In this document: positions 20,269 through 30,115 of the stretch, in pieces | Layout of the letters: the number at the start of each line of letters is the position of its first letter | Numbering within the stretch: the stretch's first letter is position 1 | Assembly: GCA_965277285.1 (NCBI GenBank) | Contig: OZ255721.1 | Coordinates: forward strand, 1,536,001 to 1,600,000 | Reading direction: 5' to 3' | Source: Abditibacteriaceae bacterium | Lineage (GTDB): Bacteria; Armatimonadota; Abditibacteriia; Abditibacteriales; Abditibacteriaceae | DNA length: 64,000 nt | Position numbers and translations under genes: made by a program | Notes under the pieces: model-generated | What the model saw: the letters and a program-made list of their open reading frames with translations, nothing else | Database searches by the model: none | Told to the model about the DNA's origin: nothing

Positions 20269-20637
20269 TCAAGCGCCAAATTTGTGAATTTGTCCATAGC
20301 GCACAATCGCCATTGACATGGATTCCGTTTCCGGCGTGTTGTCCGATGCAGCGGTTTTGGAAAGTCGTTCGATTTCGCCCAGCAGCTTGAAGACGACTTC
20401 GACGCCCGCCAGATTGACGCCCAATTCCTGCGTCAAATGCTGAATGCGGCGCACGCGCTCCACGTCTTCGTCCGAATAAAGGCGAATGTTGTTGGCGGTG
20501 CGCTGGGGCGAAATAAGCCCCATGCGCTCATACATACGCAAGGTTTGCGGATGCGTTTCGACCATCTGCGCCACGACCGAAATCTGATAAACCGTGACTT
20601 CTTCGTCCATCTTATTTTTGTCGCGCCCGTTGCGCAT
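20269..20637 (-). CDS. hspR: MerR-family heat-shock repressor HspR
   Basis: YQISVVAQMVETHPQTLRMYERMGLISPQRT..NIRLYS...LTQELGVNLAGV; last gene of the dnaK-dnaJ run. Confidence 0.9.
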   Translation of the reverse strand: MRNGRDKNKMDEEVTVYQISVVAQMVETHPQTLRMYERMGLISPQRTANNIRLYSDEDVERVRRIQHLTQELGVNLAGVEVVFKLLGEIERLSKTAASDNTPETESMSMAIVRYGQIHKFGA

Positions 20638-20668
20638 AGTTCACCTGCCTTTCGCTCTTCACTTTTAA

Positions 20669-20792
20669 TAGGACACGGATTTCATACACAGATCGAACGG
20701 GTTTTCACGGATCAAAAACAGAGAATCGAGTACTCAATTCCTCAAAACCCGTGTTCATCCGTTCAACCCGTGTAACGAAGTTCCGTGTCCTA
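20669..20792. repeat. REP-like family E inverted pair with a palindrome copy inside
   Basis: TAGGACACGGATTTCATACACAGATCGAACGG ... CCGTTCAACCCGTGTAACGAAGTTCCGTGTCCTA. Second copy at 38211-38341. Confidence 0.8.
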
Positions 20793-20798
20793 ATTTTT

Positions 20799-21839
20799 CT
20801 ACAAACCTTTCGGCAAATCTCGGCGCACGTTTTCACTGCGCAAACTCGACAGTTCTTCAACCAATTCGCGCTCGCGTTCGCTGAGGTTTTTGGGTACGGC
20901 GACTTTGATTTTGACGAAAATATCGCCGCTTTTGCCGTCTTTTTGCTTGACGCCGCGATCGCTCAAGCGAAAGGTTTGGCCGCTTTGCGTTCCAGCGGGA
21001 ATCTTCAAGTTGACTTCGTTTTCCGTCGTGGGAACCGCGATAGTTGCGCCCAGCACCGCTTCGCCAAAGTTGACAGGAACTTCACACGTCAAGTCGTCGC
21101 CTTCGCGCTTCCAGAACGGATGCGGCGCGATATGAATCTTGAGAAACAAATCGCCTTTTGCGCCGCCATTGGTGCCACTCGCGCCCTGATTTGCCACACG
21201 AACGCGCGCGCCTTCGCGCACTCCGGCGGGTATTTTGACCGTGACATTGCGCTGCTCGTCGCCCGCTTCGCTTTGAATCGTCAAGCGCAAACTGCGCTGC
21301 GTGCCTTTGATGCTTTCGCCCAGAGAAATCTCAATTGGCTGCTCGACATCGCCGCCTTTTTGCGGAGCGCGCGCACGATTGCCGCCAAAACCAAAGCCGC
21401 CGCGATTGTTGCCGCCGCGCCCGCCGAACAAGTTCTCGAAGACATCGGCGCCCTCGACATTGAAACCGCCGCTCCCGCCCTGACGCCGCACTTGCTCGAA
21501 CAAATCGTCCAGATTGGCGCCCGACGGATAACCAGAACTTCCGCCCGAATTGCCGCCGAAGCCACTTCCGCCACGCGAATAACGCGCGAAATCTTCCGCC
21601 GACATTCCCGCCGGAACCTTGTCGTAATCGTCGCCCACCTGGTCGTACAGAGAGCGCTTTTCCTTATCGCTGAGGACTTGAAACGCTTCGTTGATTTCCT
21701 TGAAGCGAGCCTCGGCGCCTTTGTCGTTCGGGTTGATGTCGGGATGATGCTGGCGCGCCAACTTGCGATAAGCGCGCTTGATTTCCTTTTCATCCGCCGT
21801 GCGCTCGACACCCAGAGTTTTGTAAAAGTCCTTAGCCAT
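20799..21839 (-). CDS. DnaJ class B (CbpA-like, no Zn finger) co-chaperone
   Basis: J-domain with HPD, G/F-rich region, C-terminal domain, no CxxCxGxG repeats. Confidence 0.93.
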   Translation of the reverse strand: MAKDFYKTLGVERTADEKEIKRAYRKLARQHHPDINPNDKGAEARFKEINEAFQVLSDKEKRSLYDQVGDDYDKVPAGMSAEDFARYSRGGSGFGGNSGGSSGYPSGANLDDLFEQVRRQGGSGGFNVEGADVFENLFGGRGGNNRGGFGFGGNRARAPQKGGDVEQPIEISLGESIKGTQRSLRLTIQSEAGDEQRNVTVKIPAGVREGARVRVANQGASGTNGGAKGDLFLKIHIAPHPFWKREGDDLTCEVPVNFGEAVLGATIAVPTTENEVNLKIPAGTQSGQTFRLSDRGVKQKDGKSGDIFVKIKVAVPKNLSERERELVEELSSLRSENVRRDLPKGL

Positions 21840-21845
21840 AAGAAG

Positions 21846-21954
21846 GAAGGATAAAGGACGAAGGATGAAGGATGAAGTCGAACGCGGAAATTGAAACGAC
21901 GCAGCGTTCATTTCGAGTACTCGATTCTTCATCCTTCATAACTCATCCTTCATC
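21846..21954. repeat. Inverted arrays of heptamer GGATGAA (family F) flanking a palindrome copy
   Basis: GGATAAAGGACGAAGGATGAAGGATGAAG ... CTTCATCCTTCATAACTCATCCTTCATC. Confidence 0.75.
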
Positions 21955-21960
21955 ATTTGA

Positions 21961-22587
21961 TTAAGTTGGATTGCCTTCCGGCGCGTCGTCCGAATTGCCG
22001 CCGACAGCTTGCTCGTTAGCGCGTTGCGAATCGTCTTCTGGCGCGTCGTTCGACTTCGCGTTGTCTTCGCTGGGAACAGGCTTTGTGGTCGCGGCTTCGT
22101 CGTTTTCAGTATTCGATTGCATATTTATTGATTCCACTGCGTTACGCGTCGTGCCGACGTTGATCTGGCGCGGACGCGCGTCTTCACGCTTGGGAAGTCG
22201 CACTTCGAGTACGCCGTCTTCCAGGTTCGCCGTGACGGCGTTCGGGTCAACGCTGCGCGGCAAACTCAAAGAGCGCGCAAAGTTGCCATACGAGCGTTCG
22301 ACGCGACGATAGCGACCTTCGCTGTCCTCGGTTTTCTGCTCTTTGGCGCCTTTGATGGTCAGCACGTTGTCCTGCAACATCAACTGCAATTTGTCCTGCG
22401 CGACGCCCGGCACTTCGAGATGAACTGTGTAAGCATCGGCGTCTTCTTTCACATCGACCGCAGGCGCGAACATTCCCTCGCCCAAATTTTCGAGATGACC
22501 AAACAGATCGGAATCGAATTGATCGAACATCCGGTTAATTTGCTGCTGCAAACCCAGCATCGGATGCGTGGTGCGAATCAGGCTCAT
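21961..22587 (-). CDS. Hsp20/alpha-crystallin small heat-shock protein
   Basis: PAVDVKE, LEVPGV, ERSYGNFARSLSLP, DGVLEVRLPK; acidic tail. Confidence 0.95.
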   Translation of the reverse strand: MSLIRTTHPMLGLQQQINRMFDQFDSDLFGHLENLGEGMFAPAVDVKEDADAYTVHLEVPGVAQDKLQLMLQDNVLTIKGAKEQKTEDSEGRYRRVERSYGNFARSLSLPRSVDPNAVTANLEDGVLEVRLPKREDARPRQINVGTTRNAVESINMQSNTENDEAATTKPVPSEDNAKSNDAPEDDSQRANEQAVGGNSDDAPEGNPT

Positions 22588-22604
22588 GATGTCACCCTCT
22601 TTAT

Positions 22605-22714
22605 CAGGAGGCAGCGGCGGGAAGCAGCAGACAGTTCGAGTACTTGAAGTTCCAACTGTGACGTTGAAGCATTCTGCGCCACAACTGCCTCCTGCTTTCT
22701 GCGGCTGCCTACTG
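22605..22714. repeat. Degenerate inverted heptamer-type (AGGCAG) repeat around a variant palindrome
   Basis: CAGGAGGCAGCGGCGGGAAGCAGCAGACAGT ... ACTGCCTCCTGCTTTCTGCGGCTGCCTACTG. Confidence 0.55.
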
Positions 22715-22716
22715 AA

Positions 22717-23136
22717 CTATTTGCTTTGAATTTCAATTTGTCGCGGTCGCGCGGCGGCTTGCTTGGGCAGGCGAATCGTCAAGACGCCGTTTTCGTAAGA
22801 GGCCGCGACGTTTTGCACGTCAACTGGCGTTTCGATTTGGAAGATGCGTTGCCACGCGCCGTATTGCCGCTCCAAGCGATGATAATGCTCGTTTCGAGTA
22901 CTCGATTGGCGCTTACGCTCGCCGCGCAACGTCAAGGTATCGCCCGTCAATTGAATGTCGATGTCTTCTTTTTTCATGCCTGGCAATTCGGCGTGCAAGA
23001 CAATTTCGCGTTCGTTTTCCGCGACATCAACGGCGGGCGCCCACAAGCGCGGCGTATCGTTGTTCTGCGTAAAAGCGCGATTCATTTGCTCGCGCAAAAT
23101 ATGCAAATCGTTCGTGGTTTGAAGAATCGAAGCCAT
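22717..23136 (-). CDS. Hsp20/alpha-crystallin small heat-shock protein
   Basis: WAPAVDVAE, AELPGM, ERQYG, YENGVLTIRLPK, RQIEI; GAGGAGG RBS. Confidence 0.95.
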   Translation of the reverse strand: MASILQTTNDLHILREQMNRAFTQNNDTPRLWAPAVDVAENEREIVLHAELPGMKKEDIDIQLTGDTLTLRGERKRQSSTRNEHYHRLERQYGAWQRIFQIETPVDVQNVAASYENGVLTIRLPKQAAARPRQIEIQSK

Positions 23137-23158
23137 AAGAAACCTCCTCGATTTTCTC

Positions 23159-23186
23159 GTAGGGGCGAGGCATGCCTCGCCCCTAC
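23159..23186. repeat. GTAG-type REP (family B), perfect palindrome
   Basis: GTAGGGGCGAGGCATGCCTCGCCCCTAC. Confidence 0.85.
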
Positions 23187-23195
23187 ATCAAACTC

Positions 23196-25085
23196 TTACT
23201 TCGCGTCTGTCACTTCGCCTTCCACGACTTCGCCTTCAACAGCGTCGTTTCGAGTACTCGAACCGTTGGTGTTCGCGCCATCCGCGTTGTCGTAACCGGC
23301 GTAGTCGCTGCCCGAAGGATTGGCACCCGCTTCCGGTTGGCCCGCCGCCTGATAAACGCTGGTTCCCGCCGCCTGATACGCGACCGTCAAGTTGTCCAAA
23401 GCGGTTTTCATCGCGCTGGTGTCGGTGCCATTGAAAGCGGTTTCAGCTTCGGCAATGGCGCTTTCCAATTGCGTTTTCTCGGTCGCGCCGATTTTGTCGC
23501 CGCTTTCGTCGCGGAACTTCTTGACCTGAAACAACGTGGAATCCAGATTGTTCTTGGTTTCGGCTGCCGTGCGACGCTCTTCGTCCGCCGCCGCGTTCTT
23601 TTCGGCTTCATCGACCATGCGCTCGATGTCTTTTTTGTCCAAGCCGCCGCTGCCCGTAATGGTGATTTTCTGTTCTTTGCCGCTTTGCAGTTCTTTGGCT
23701 GACACGTTCAAAATGCCGTTGGCGTCGATGTCAAACGTCACTTCGATTTTGGGCGTGTTGCGCGGCGCGGGCGGAATCTCGTTCAGATGAAATGTTCCCA
23801 GCGCTTTGTTATCCGCCGCCATTTTGCGTTCGCCCTGCAAAACCTTAATTTCAACGCTCGGCTGAAAATCGGAATACGTTGTGTAGGTTTCCTTGCGCTG
23901 ATGCGGAATCGCCGTGTTGCGCTCGATCATCGGCGTCATGATACCGCCCGCGGTTTCCACGCCCAGCGTCAAAGGCGTCACATCGACCAGCACCATGCCG
24001 GTTCCCGCGCTGCCCGGATTCGCCAACGTGTTCGCCTGCACCGCCGCGCCGACCGCAACCGCTTCGTCCGGGTTGACGCCCTGATGCGGGTCTTTGCCCG
24101 TCAACTGCTTCACCAGATCGACAACCGCGGGCATACGCGTGCTGCCGCCAATGAGAATCACTTCATCGACTTCACTCGCTTTCAAACCGGCGTCGCTCAA
24201 GGCACGCTCGAACGGCGCGCGTGTCCTTTCCAGCAAATCGTGCGTGATTTCCTGGAACTTGGCGCGCGTCACATCGAGTACCAAATGCTTCGGTCCGTTC
24301 GCGTCCATCGTGATAAACGGCAGGTTAATCGTTGTCTGAGTCGCCGATGACAACTCGATTTTGGCTTTTTCCGCGGCTTCTTTTAAACGCTGCAACGCCT
24401 GCGCGTCCTTGCGCAAATCGATGCCATCGCTCTTCTGAAACGTGTCGGCGATGTAGTTCATCAGGCGCTCGTCGAAATCGTCGCCGCCTAAGCGTGTGTC
24501 GCCCGCCGTCGATTTCACTTCGAGCAAGCCTTCGCTCACTTCGAGTACGGACACATCGAACGTTCCGCCGCCCAGGTCATAAACGATGATCGTTTCATCT
24601 TTGCCCTGACGATCCAGACCGTAAGCAATCGCCGCTGCCGTCGGTTCGTTGATGATGCGCAGCACGTTGAAACCGGCGATTTCACCGGCGTTTTTGGTCG
24701 CCGTGCGCTGGCTGTCATCGAAATACGCCGGAACCGTGATCACGGCGTCCGTCACTTTTTCGCCCAAACGCGTTTCCGCGTCGGCTTTCAATTTCGTCAA
24801 GATCATCGCCGAGATTTCTTCCGGCGAATAAGCTTTTCCATCAATGTTTACTTTGTCGCGCGTGCCCATCTTGCGCTTGATCGAGCGAATCGTGCGCTCA
24901 CTGTTCAAAACCGCCTGGCGCTTCGCCGGATCGCCGACCAAACGCTCGCCGGTTTTTGAAAACGCCACAATCGAGGGCGTCAAGCGACTGCCTTCGGCGT
25001 TCAATAAAACTTCTGGCTCGCCACCCTGCACAATCGCTACAACCGAGTTCGTCGTTCCCAAGTCAATTCCCACTGCTTTCGGCAT
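23196..25085 (-). CDS. dnaK: Chaperone DnaK
   Basis: [37 protein letters not shown]. Confidence 0.98.
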   Translation of the reverse strand: MPKAVGIDLGTTNSVVAIVQGGEPEVLLNAEGSRLTPSIVAFSKTGERLVGDPAKRQAVLNSERTIRSIKRKMGTRDKVNIDGKAYSPEEISAMILTKLKADAETRLGEKVTDAVITVPAYFDDSQRTATKNAGEIAGFNVLRIINEPTAAAIAYGLDRQGKDETIIVYDLGGGTFDVSVLEVSEGLLEVKSTAGDTRLGGDDFDERLMNYIADTFQKSDGIDLRKDAQALQRLKEAAEKAKIELSSATQTTINLPFITMDANGPKHLVLDVTRAKFQEITHDLLERTRAPFERALSDAGLKASEVDEVILIGGSTRMPAVVDLVKQLTGKDPHQGVNPDEAVAVGAAVQANTLANPGSAGTGMVLVDVTPLTLGVETAGGIMTPMIERNTAIPHQRKETYTTYSDFQPSVEIKVLQGERKMAADNKALGTFHLNEIPPAPRNTPKIEVTFDIDANGILNVSAKELQSGKEQKITITGSGGLDKKDIERMVDEAEKNAAADEERRTAAETKNNLDSTLFQVKKFRDESGDKIGATEKTQLESAIAEAETAFNGTDTSAMKTALDNLTVAYQAAGTSVYQAAGQPEAGANPSGSDYAGYDNADGANTNGSSTRNDAVEGEVVEGEVTDAK

Positions 25086-25148
25086 CGTCGTTCACCTCAT
25101 AATTCGTTACGTCGTTTTCGAGTACTCAATAGCTTAACATTTTGGTTG

Positions 25149-25169
25149 TGTGAGTGCCATACACTCAAG
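25149..25169. promoter_or_regulatory. HAIR-type operator upstream of dnaK
   Basis: TGTGAGT-GCCATAC-ACTCAAG. Confidence 0.75.
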
Positions 25170-25241
25170 CGTTCGTCAATTTTTTTCCTGCGCCAATTTT
25201 GAAGTTTCAGCGCAGGAAAATGTTATGTGGAACAGGTTTTG

Positions 25242-25424
25242 TCAATTTTCGGCGTTCGCTTCGGCTCCCGTGATAGGGAACTTGTACGCCGTCGAAGTCG
25301 TGTAAGATTGCTCGCCAAAGCAGCGGCGGCAGACCAAAGGCGCGTTGTTCAAGCGCATCGCGCCACGCACGGTCTTGATATTTTGTCCACAGATCGAACA
25401 CTGCGTGTTTTTGTTTTCCGGCAT
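25242..25424 (-). CDS. Small CxxC...CxxC zinc-ribbon-like protein (60 aa)
   Basis: CSIC and CRRC pairs; strong GAGGTGA RBS; co-oriented upstream of dnaK; HAIR-like site upstream. Confidence 0.7.
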   Translation of the reverse strand: MPENKNTQCSICGQNIKTVRGAMRLNNAPLVCRRCFGEQSYTTSTAYKFPITGAEANAEN

Positions 25425-25444
25425 CAGTCACCTCAACAACCAAA

Positions 25445-25465
25445 GTTGAGTGTAAAACGCTCAAG
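25445..25465. promoter_or_regulatory. HAIR-type operator upstream of the small Zn-ribbon gene
   Basis: GTTGAGT-GTAAAAC-GCTCAAG. Confidence 0.7.
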
Positions 25466-25624
25466 CCCCGATTTTGGTTCCAATTGAGTACTCGATTTCC
25501 ATCAATTAAACTTGAGGAGATTCGTTGTTCCGTGGCAGCGAGTCTCCTTGCCCAACTTTGAACCGTGTGACGCACCAAATCGGGCGAGGCGACCTCGCCC
25601 CTACAATTTCATCACGGCTGATTT

Positions 25625-26422
25625 ATGACTTCACCGAAAAACTCTCAAAATCACTTCAAATTGCCGACATCGTTGAACTTGCGCGCGTGGTGGAAGCACA
25701 ACTATTTCGAGCCGTCGCACGTGACGTGGCAGACCGGCGCGCCGCGCGAAACTCCGACTGGACGCGAAAAGCATTGTGTTTTATTGCACGGCTGGAATTC
25801 GCCGGGCTGGTTCCTGGAAGATTTGAAGGACGCGTTGCGCGCTTTGCCGCAGGCCGCGTCGTGGCGTTTCTGGATTCCCGATTATCCGACGCATCGTTAC
25901 TCTTTTGTGCGTGCAGCGAGCGAAGTGCGGCGCGCTTTGTTGTCGCAATCGGTTTCGTGGGACGACGTGGTTTTAATCGGTTATTCGATGGGCGGTTTGG
26001 TGGCGCGTCAAATGGCGCGCGATGGGTTTCCGTGCCGTAGTTTGGTGACGCTTTGTTCGCCGCACGAAGGCGTTTTGCCGTGGGTTCCGCTGCCGACGAT
26101 GGGGCCGCAATCGCTGGGAAAATCGAGTACTCAATTGCGCAATTTGAACCGCGATCCGCGCGACATAAAGTTACGTGAACATGCGCATTTCTTCGCCATC
26201 AATTATCACGACCGCCTGGGAAATCACCGGCACGACGGCCTGGTGCCGGAAAGCAGCGCGCGCGGCGATCATCTGGGAAATGTCGCGCAACGCCAAACCA
26301 TTCATCTCGAATATGGCCGCGAAGTCGCATCAATCATTCCCGTTGGCCCGCACGTTAGGGGCATGAATCCGCAAATTATGGTTCCCGTACTCGGAACCTG
26401 CGCGCAGTTGTTTGAGGTTTGA
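25625..26422 (+). CDS. Alpha/beta-fold hydrolase (lipase/PGAP1-like)
   Basis: LLHGW, GYSMGG nucleophile elbow, SPHEG, HDGLV. Confidence 0.85.
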   Translation: MTSPKNSQNHFKLPTSLNLRAWWKHNYFEPSHVTWQTGAPRETPTGREKHCVLLHGWNSPGWFLEDLKDALRALPQAASWRFWIPDYPTHRYSFVRAASEVRRALLSQSVSWDDVVLIGYSMGGLVARQMARDGFPCRSLVTLCSPHEGVLPWVPLPTMGPQSLGKSSTQLRNLNRDPRDIKLREHAHFFAINYHDRLGNHRHDGLVPESSARGDHLGNVAQRQTIHLEYGREVASIIPVGPHVRGMNPQIMVPVLGTCAQLFEV

Positions 26423-26433
26423 GAGTTAGCGCA

Positions 26434-26907
26434 TTACTTTATTTGTGAGCTGTAATAGCCCTGTTTACCGACGCCAATTGTATCAAAGTAAACGCCTTCC
26501 AAATCAGCTGGATCGTCTTGCGGCTCTGGCATCACGGCGCGCCAAAGACTTAATTCAAGAGCAGGAAAAACGTAGCTGTAGCCATGTTCCCGATTGGATT
26601 TATCTACCTCGGCGTTTTGTGAAACAATACCAACCAATTCATCGGCCTTCGTTTCAAAAACAGAAACGTTGTTATACAAAGCAATGAATGCACCACGTCG
26701 GGACAGCTCGATGTACTCCGCTTTGTCTTCGTCGTCAAAGAAGATTTGAAAGCACGATTCGAGATAAGCATCGGTCAACATTGCGACATTAAATGACTTT
26801 CTAAATGATGTAAAAGGAAGCGCCATTATCGAACGCGTCTCGTCGCGCGACATTCCCAAACGAACATCGCTAACGCCTTGCAACGGGACGATCTCATACA
26901 TTTTCAT
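26434..26907 (-). CDS. Hypothetical acidic protein
   Basis: 157-aa ORF with GAAGGAAG RBS; no motif recognised with confidence. Confidence 0.7.
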   Translation of the reverse strand: MKMYEIVPLQGVSDVRLGMSRDETRSIMALPFTSFRKSFNVAMLTDAYLESCFQIFFDDEDKAEYIELSRRGAFIALYNNVSVFETKADELVGIVSQNAEVDKSNREHGYSYVFPALELSLWRAVMPEPQDDPADLEGVYFDTIGVGKQGYYSSQIK

Positions 26908-27007
26908 TTTCTTCCTTCACTAAACTGGCAATTGTGACAAATCAAGCAAAGTAGCAGCAACGCGCAGATTATGAATCGAGTACTCGAAACCCGCGCGTTT
27001 ATTTGCT

Positions 27008-27535
27008 TCAAGTTAAAAGTTCGCCGTTCGCTTCATTTACTTTGAAGTCTTCCCAAAGTTCCGGCGGATCGTAGCAAGCAGTACCAGAGATGACGCCGTT
27101 TGTGCATTCGCTGAGAATAATTCCGTCAGCCGCCAACGTCTTGCGCCATAAAACAGTGCCGTTTTGATCGAAAGCGAATAAGTCGGAGTAATCCGCGACG
27201 AAGAGTTTTGTTCGGTCGTCGTTGAACAGCCAACCAGTCGCTAAGGCTTCGTAAGAACGATAACCGTCGGGATTGTGTGCGGAAACAAAATAACAATTTC
27301 CGTCGGCGATAATAACAAACAATTGCGCTTCTTCCCAGACAAAAGCATTGGCGTAATAGGAATGGCCGAGATGAAAGTTTCCGATCCACGATGTTTCGTC
27401 GTCCAAAGAAAGTCGCGCGACGAACTCTTGTCGCCACGGCGTCGGATGGCCGCAGTGATAATGCTTCGGTAGCGGTCCATCGCTGGGCAGACCAGCCAAA
27501 ATTTCAACTTTCATTTGCTTGCCGCCATCGTTCAT
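27008..27535 (-). CDS. Hypothetical protein (beta-rich, acidic)
   Basis: 175-aa ORF overlapping the upstream stop (ATGA coupling); alternative start at 27514. Confidence 0.65.
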   Translation of the reverse strand: MNDGGKQMKVEILAGLPSDGPLPKHYHCGHPTPWRQEFVARLSLDDETSWIGNFHLGHSYYANAFVWEEAQLFVIIADGNCYFVSAHNPDGYRSYEALATGWLFNDDRTKLFVADYSDLFAFDQNGTVLWRKTLAADGIILSECTNGVISGTACYDPPELWEDFKVNEANGELLT

Positions 27536-30108
27536 TGAACCGGCGATTGTGGCAAGTTGGGCAACGGATCGTTTCTGACGGACGGCGCGGCGGGCGGCAG
27601 TTGCGCATCGGGCGAAGGCGGAAGCGGCAACGGCGGCAACACTTGCGATGGCGTTGGTTGTGGCGTTGGAGTACTCGAAATCGGCGCGCGCGGCGTCGGT
27701 TGCGGCTGTGGCGTCGATTGCGGGATGAACGTTGGCGTTGGTGTGGCAATGGGTGGTTGGATTTGCGGCAAGTCAATCGAGCGCGGCATGAAGCCAACCG
27801 GAACTTGCGCCGCCAAATACAAGTTCTTCGACGGCATCATCGAACCTGTGTTGCGCCACCACGGGAAAACATTCGTCACGCGGCTCCATTCCAGCGCGTT
27901 TTCACCAAACACATTATCGGTCGAATTGCTTACAACAGCGGCGTCCGAGGAATGATAAATCCACGTAAAGCGCACGGTTTGGTCGATTTGCATTCGGTGT
28001 TGCGGACGCAGATCTGGAATCTGCGAAAGCGGAATGCTCGCTTCGTAGAACGTGATTTTGTTGCGTTCATCGCGCGTCACGACGCAGCGCGCACCGGAAA
28101 TATCGCCGCCCCAGTTGACGCGATCCGTCGCGGTTTCAAAGCCGCTTTGCGGAGACCACAAACGCAAGGCGCGCCCGACGACCTGGCCTTCGCTCGAAGT
28201 CGCAAACGGCGACAACAACACGCCGTAATCGGTATCGCGGAAGGCTCCGGCGGAGGGCAAAGCGTCGCCTTCGCTGCGCATCCCAAAGGCGAGTTGCAGC
28301 GCGTCGCTGTTTTGCCAGAACAAGTATTCATTCGTCGTTGCAGGTCGCGCCTGAAACGCGTTTTCGCGCACGCGCGCCGCGACGTATAAATTATCGTCGT
28401 CGAAAAACAAAGCGACTTGCGCGCGCACGCCCGACTTTTCATCCGGTGAACTGGCTTCCATCCACGACGCGTTGTCCCATTCGTTTAAGGTGCCATCCAC
28501 ATTTATGGCGCCGTCCGCCACGCGCGGAATCGTTGCAACGCGCGCGTCCTGCTTGCGTTTCCAGCGGCCAGCGTCGCTCTTCGCTTCAGTTTCAATCGGA
28601 TAAACGCCGCTCGCGTTCGCAGCCGAAGTTAAAACCGGAAAACTCAAAACGCGCGTTTCGCCAGGCGCCAAAACCAAATCGGTGCGATCGTTGGCCAGTA
28701 GCCAGTTTTTCGGAGCGCCGACGCGAAACGTGCCCTGGAACGGCGCGATACCGATGTTTTGCACGCGCACGCGCAGCGCCAAGTTTCGTGGCGCTGCGCC
28801 GTTGGGGATCAATCGCGTGAACGGCAGAACCTGCACACCAATCGCGGGAAGACTTTTCAAAGTCGCGTTACCCCAAGCGTCCCGCGATTGTTTTGGTGAG
28901 ACATCGGCCAAAACATAAACTGGATTGCTGCTCAGCGGAACGACTAAACGGTCTTTGTCGGAACGGGCGATTTCGTTTCCGAAAATGTCTAAAACGCGCG
29001 CTCCGGCCAGGCGCGTCTCCAATCGAGTACTCGAATTGTTGTCGCCGTCGCTCCACAAGACGACGATGCGCGACGAAGCGATGCGAAAACTGGCGCTTTG
29101 AACCACTGGAGAACCGGGATACAGCGTGCCTTCGCCCGTCGCGCCTTCGAGCAAGCGCGCCATTTGCGACCACGCCGCAGCGCACGTCAGGCGCGTGTCG
29201 GCATCCGACAAAGGCGACGGCAACAGCGACCGCACCGAAGCCGCACCCGCGCTTTTCGCCAGCACGCTGCACTTCACCAGCGACGACGCAGCGCGGATGG
29301 CGCTATTGCCGGCCACGACATCGTTGCGCACCGAAAAGACCGGCGTGGCTTTTTGCGCCGCCAACAATGTGCGATTCCAATTCGCGCCTTCGCCCGTTCC
29401 CTGCTCGTCATCCGATGCGTCGCTCAATTGCGGATACGGCAAGGTCATCGTCATGTCGGCGGGCAAAGCACCGGAACTTTGCGACGGCTGATTGGCGCCC
29501 ACACGATTAAGAAAATCGTCTTCCTCGGCAGCGCGCGGCGCACGCGACGACAGTTCAAAAAACGGGCTGGAAAGCGGCGAAGTCGCGGTCGTAAACGGCG
29601 CGGGTGGCGCGACAACGGCAAAGGAAAAGGTCGCGCGCACGACATCATCTTCGCCTTTGCGCGCGGCGCGCGATTCGACATCAATGCGATAAGCGCCCAG
29701 AGTTTTCGGCTGAAACAATTCGCGGCGGCGAATCATGCCATTGGCGGGCAGCGTCAACTTTTCTTTGTCGCTGGCGAGCGTGTGGCCAAAAGCATCGCGC
29801 ACGCGCCACGAAAGCGTGATCTTGCGCTCGAGATTGAGATCGTTCCAGGCGCGCAAACCCCACGCAATCGGCGTCTGCGTGCGCAGCGTTTCGCGCTCGG
29901 AATAAACGAAAGTCGGTTCTTCATTGTCCAGTTGAAGACGCAAACCGGACGCATTGACTGGCGCGGGAAGCGTTGTAATCTGCGCGCGCGCAGGAAGCAC
30001 GAGCGTCGTTCCAGCGAGCGCAATAACGAGTACTCGAACGGCGAAATAGAAACGAGTCGGAAAGCGAAAAAACACAAAAACCCTCCGAAGAATCAGGGAA
30101 GTTAACAA
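27532..30108 (-). CDS. Secreted multidomain protein with CBM9-like sugar-binding domain and Pro-rich tail
   Basis: Signal-like segment ending ARA-Q; INVDGTLNEW, FDDDNLYVAARV, DALQLAF, YEASIPLS; PT/PQ-rich C-terminus. Start uncertain. Confidence 0.7.
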   Translation of the reverse strand: MLTSLILRRVFVFFRFPTRFYFAVRVLVIALAGTTLVLPARAQITTLPAPVNASGLRLQLDNEEPTFVYSERETLRTQTPIAWGLRAWNDLNLERKITLSWRVRDAFGHTLASDKEKLTLPANGMIRRRELFQPKTLGAYRIDVESRAARKGEDDVVRATFSFAVVAPPAPFTTATSPLSSPFFELSSRAPRAAEEDDFLNRVGANQPSQSSGALPADMTMTLPYPQLSDASDDEQGTGEGANWNRTLLAAQKATPVFSVRNDVVAGNSAIRAASSLVKCSVLAKSAGAASVRSLLPSPLSDADTRLTCAAAWSQMARLLEGATGEGTLYPGSPVVQSASFRIASSRIVVLWSDGDNNSSTRLETRLAGARVLDIFGNEIARSDKDRLVVPLSSNPVYVLADVSPKQSRDAWGNATLKSLPAIGVQVLPFTRLIPNGAAPRNLALRVRVQNIGIAPFQGTFRVGAPKNWLLANDRTDLVLAPGETRVLSFPVLTSAANASGVYPIETEAKSDAGRWKRKQDARVATIPRVADGAINVDGTLNEWDNASWMEASSPDEKSGVRAQVALFFDDDNLYVAARVRENAFQARPATTNEYLFWQNSDALQLAFGMRSEGDALPSAGAFRDTDYGVLLSPFATSSEGQVVGRALRLWSPQSGFETATDRVNWGGDISGARCVVTRDERNKITFYEASIPLSQIPDLRPQHRMQIDQTVRFTWIYHSSDAAVVSNSTDNVFGENALEWSRVTNVFPWWRNTGSMMPSKNLYLAAQVPVGFMPRSIDLPQIQPPIATPTPTFIPQSTPQPQPTPRAPISSTPTPQPTPSQVLPPLPLPPSPDAQLPPAAPSVRNDPLPNLPQSPVQ

Positions 30109-30115
30109 GAAGTCT

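Noticed and set aside
25207..25578. 123-aa ORF overlapping the Zn-ribbon gene
   Set aside because: It runs through a REP remnant, the palindrome and the HAIR site with no RBS; the 60-aa frame has a strong RBS and a CxxC pair.
16613..26135. Palindrome variants (TTGAGT/ACTCAA) as zero-spacer HAIR sites for HspR
   Set aside because: The half-site resemblance is real, but HAIR needs a 7-bp spacer and the variants also occur far from heat-shock genes.
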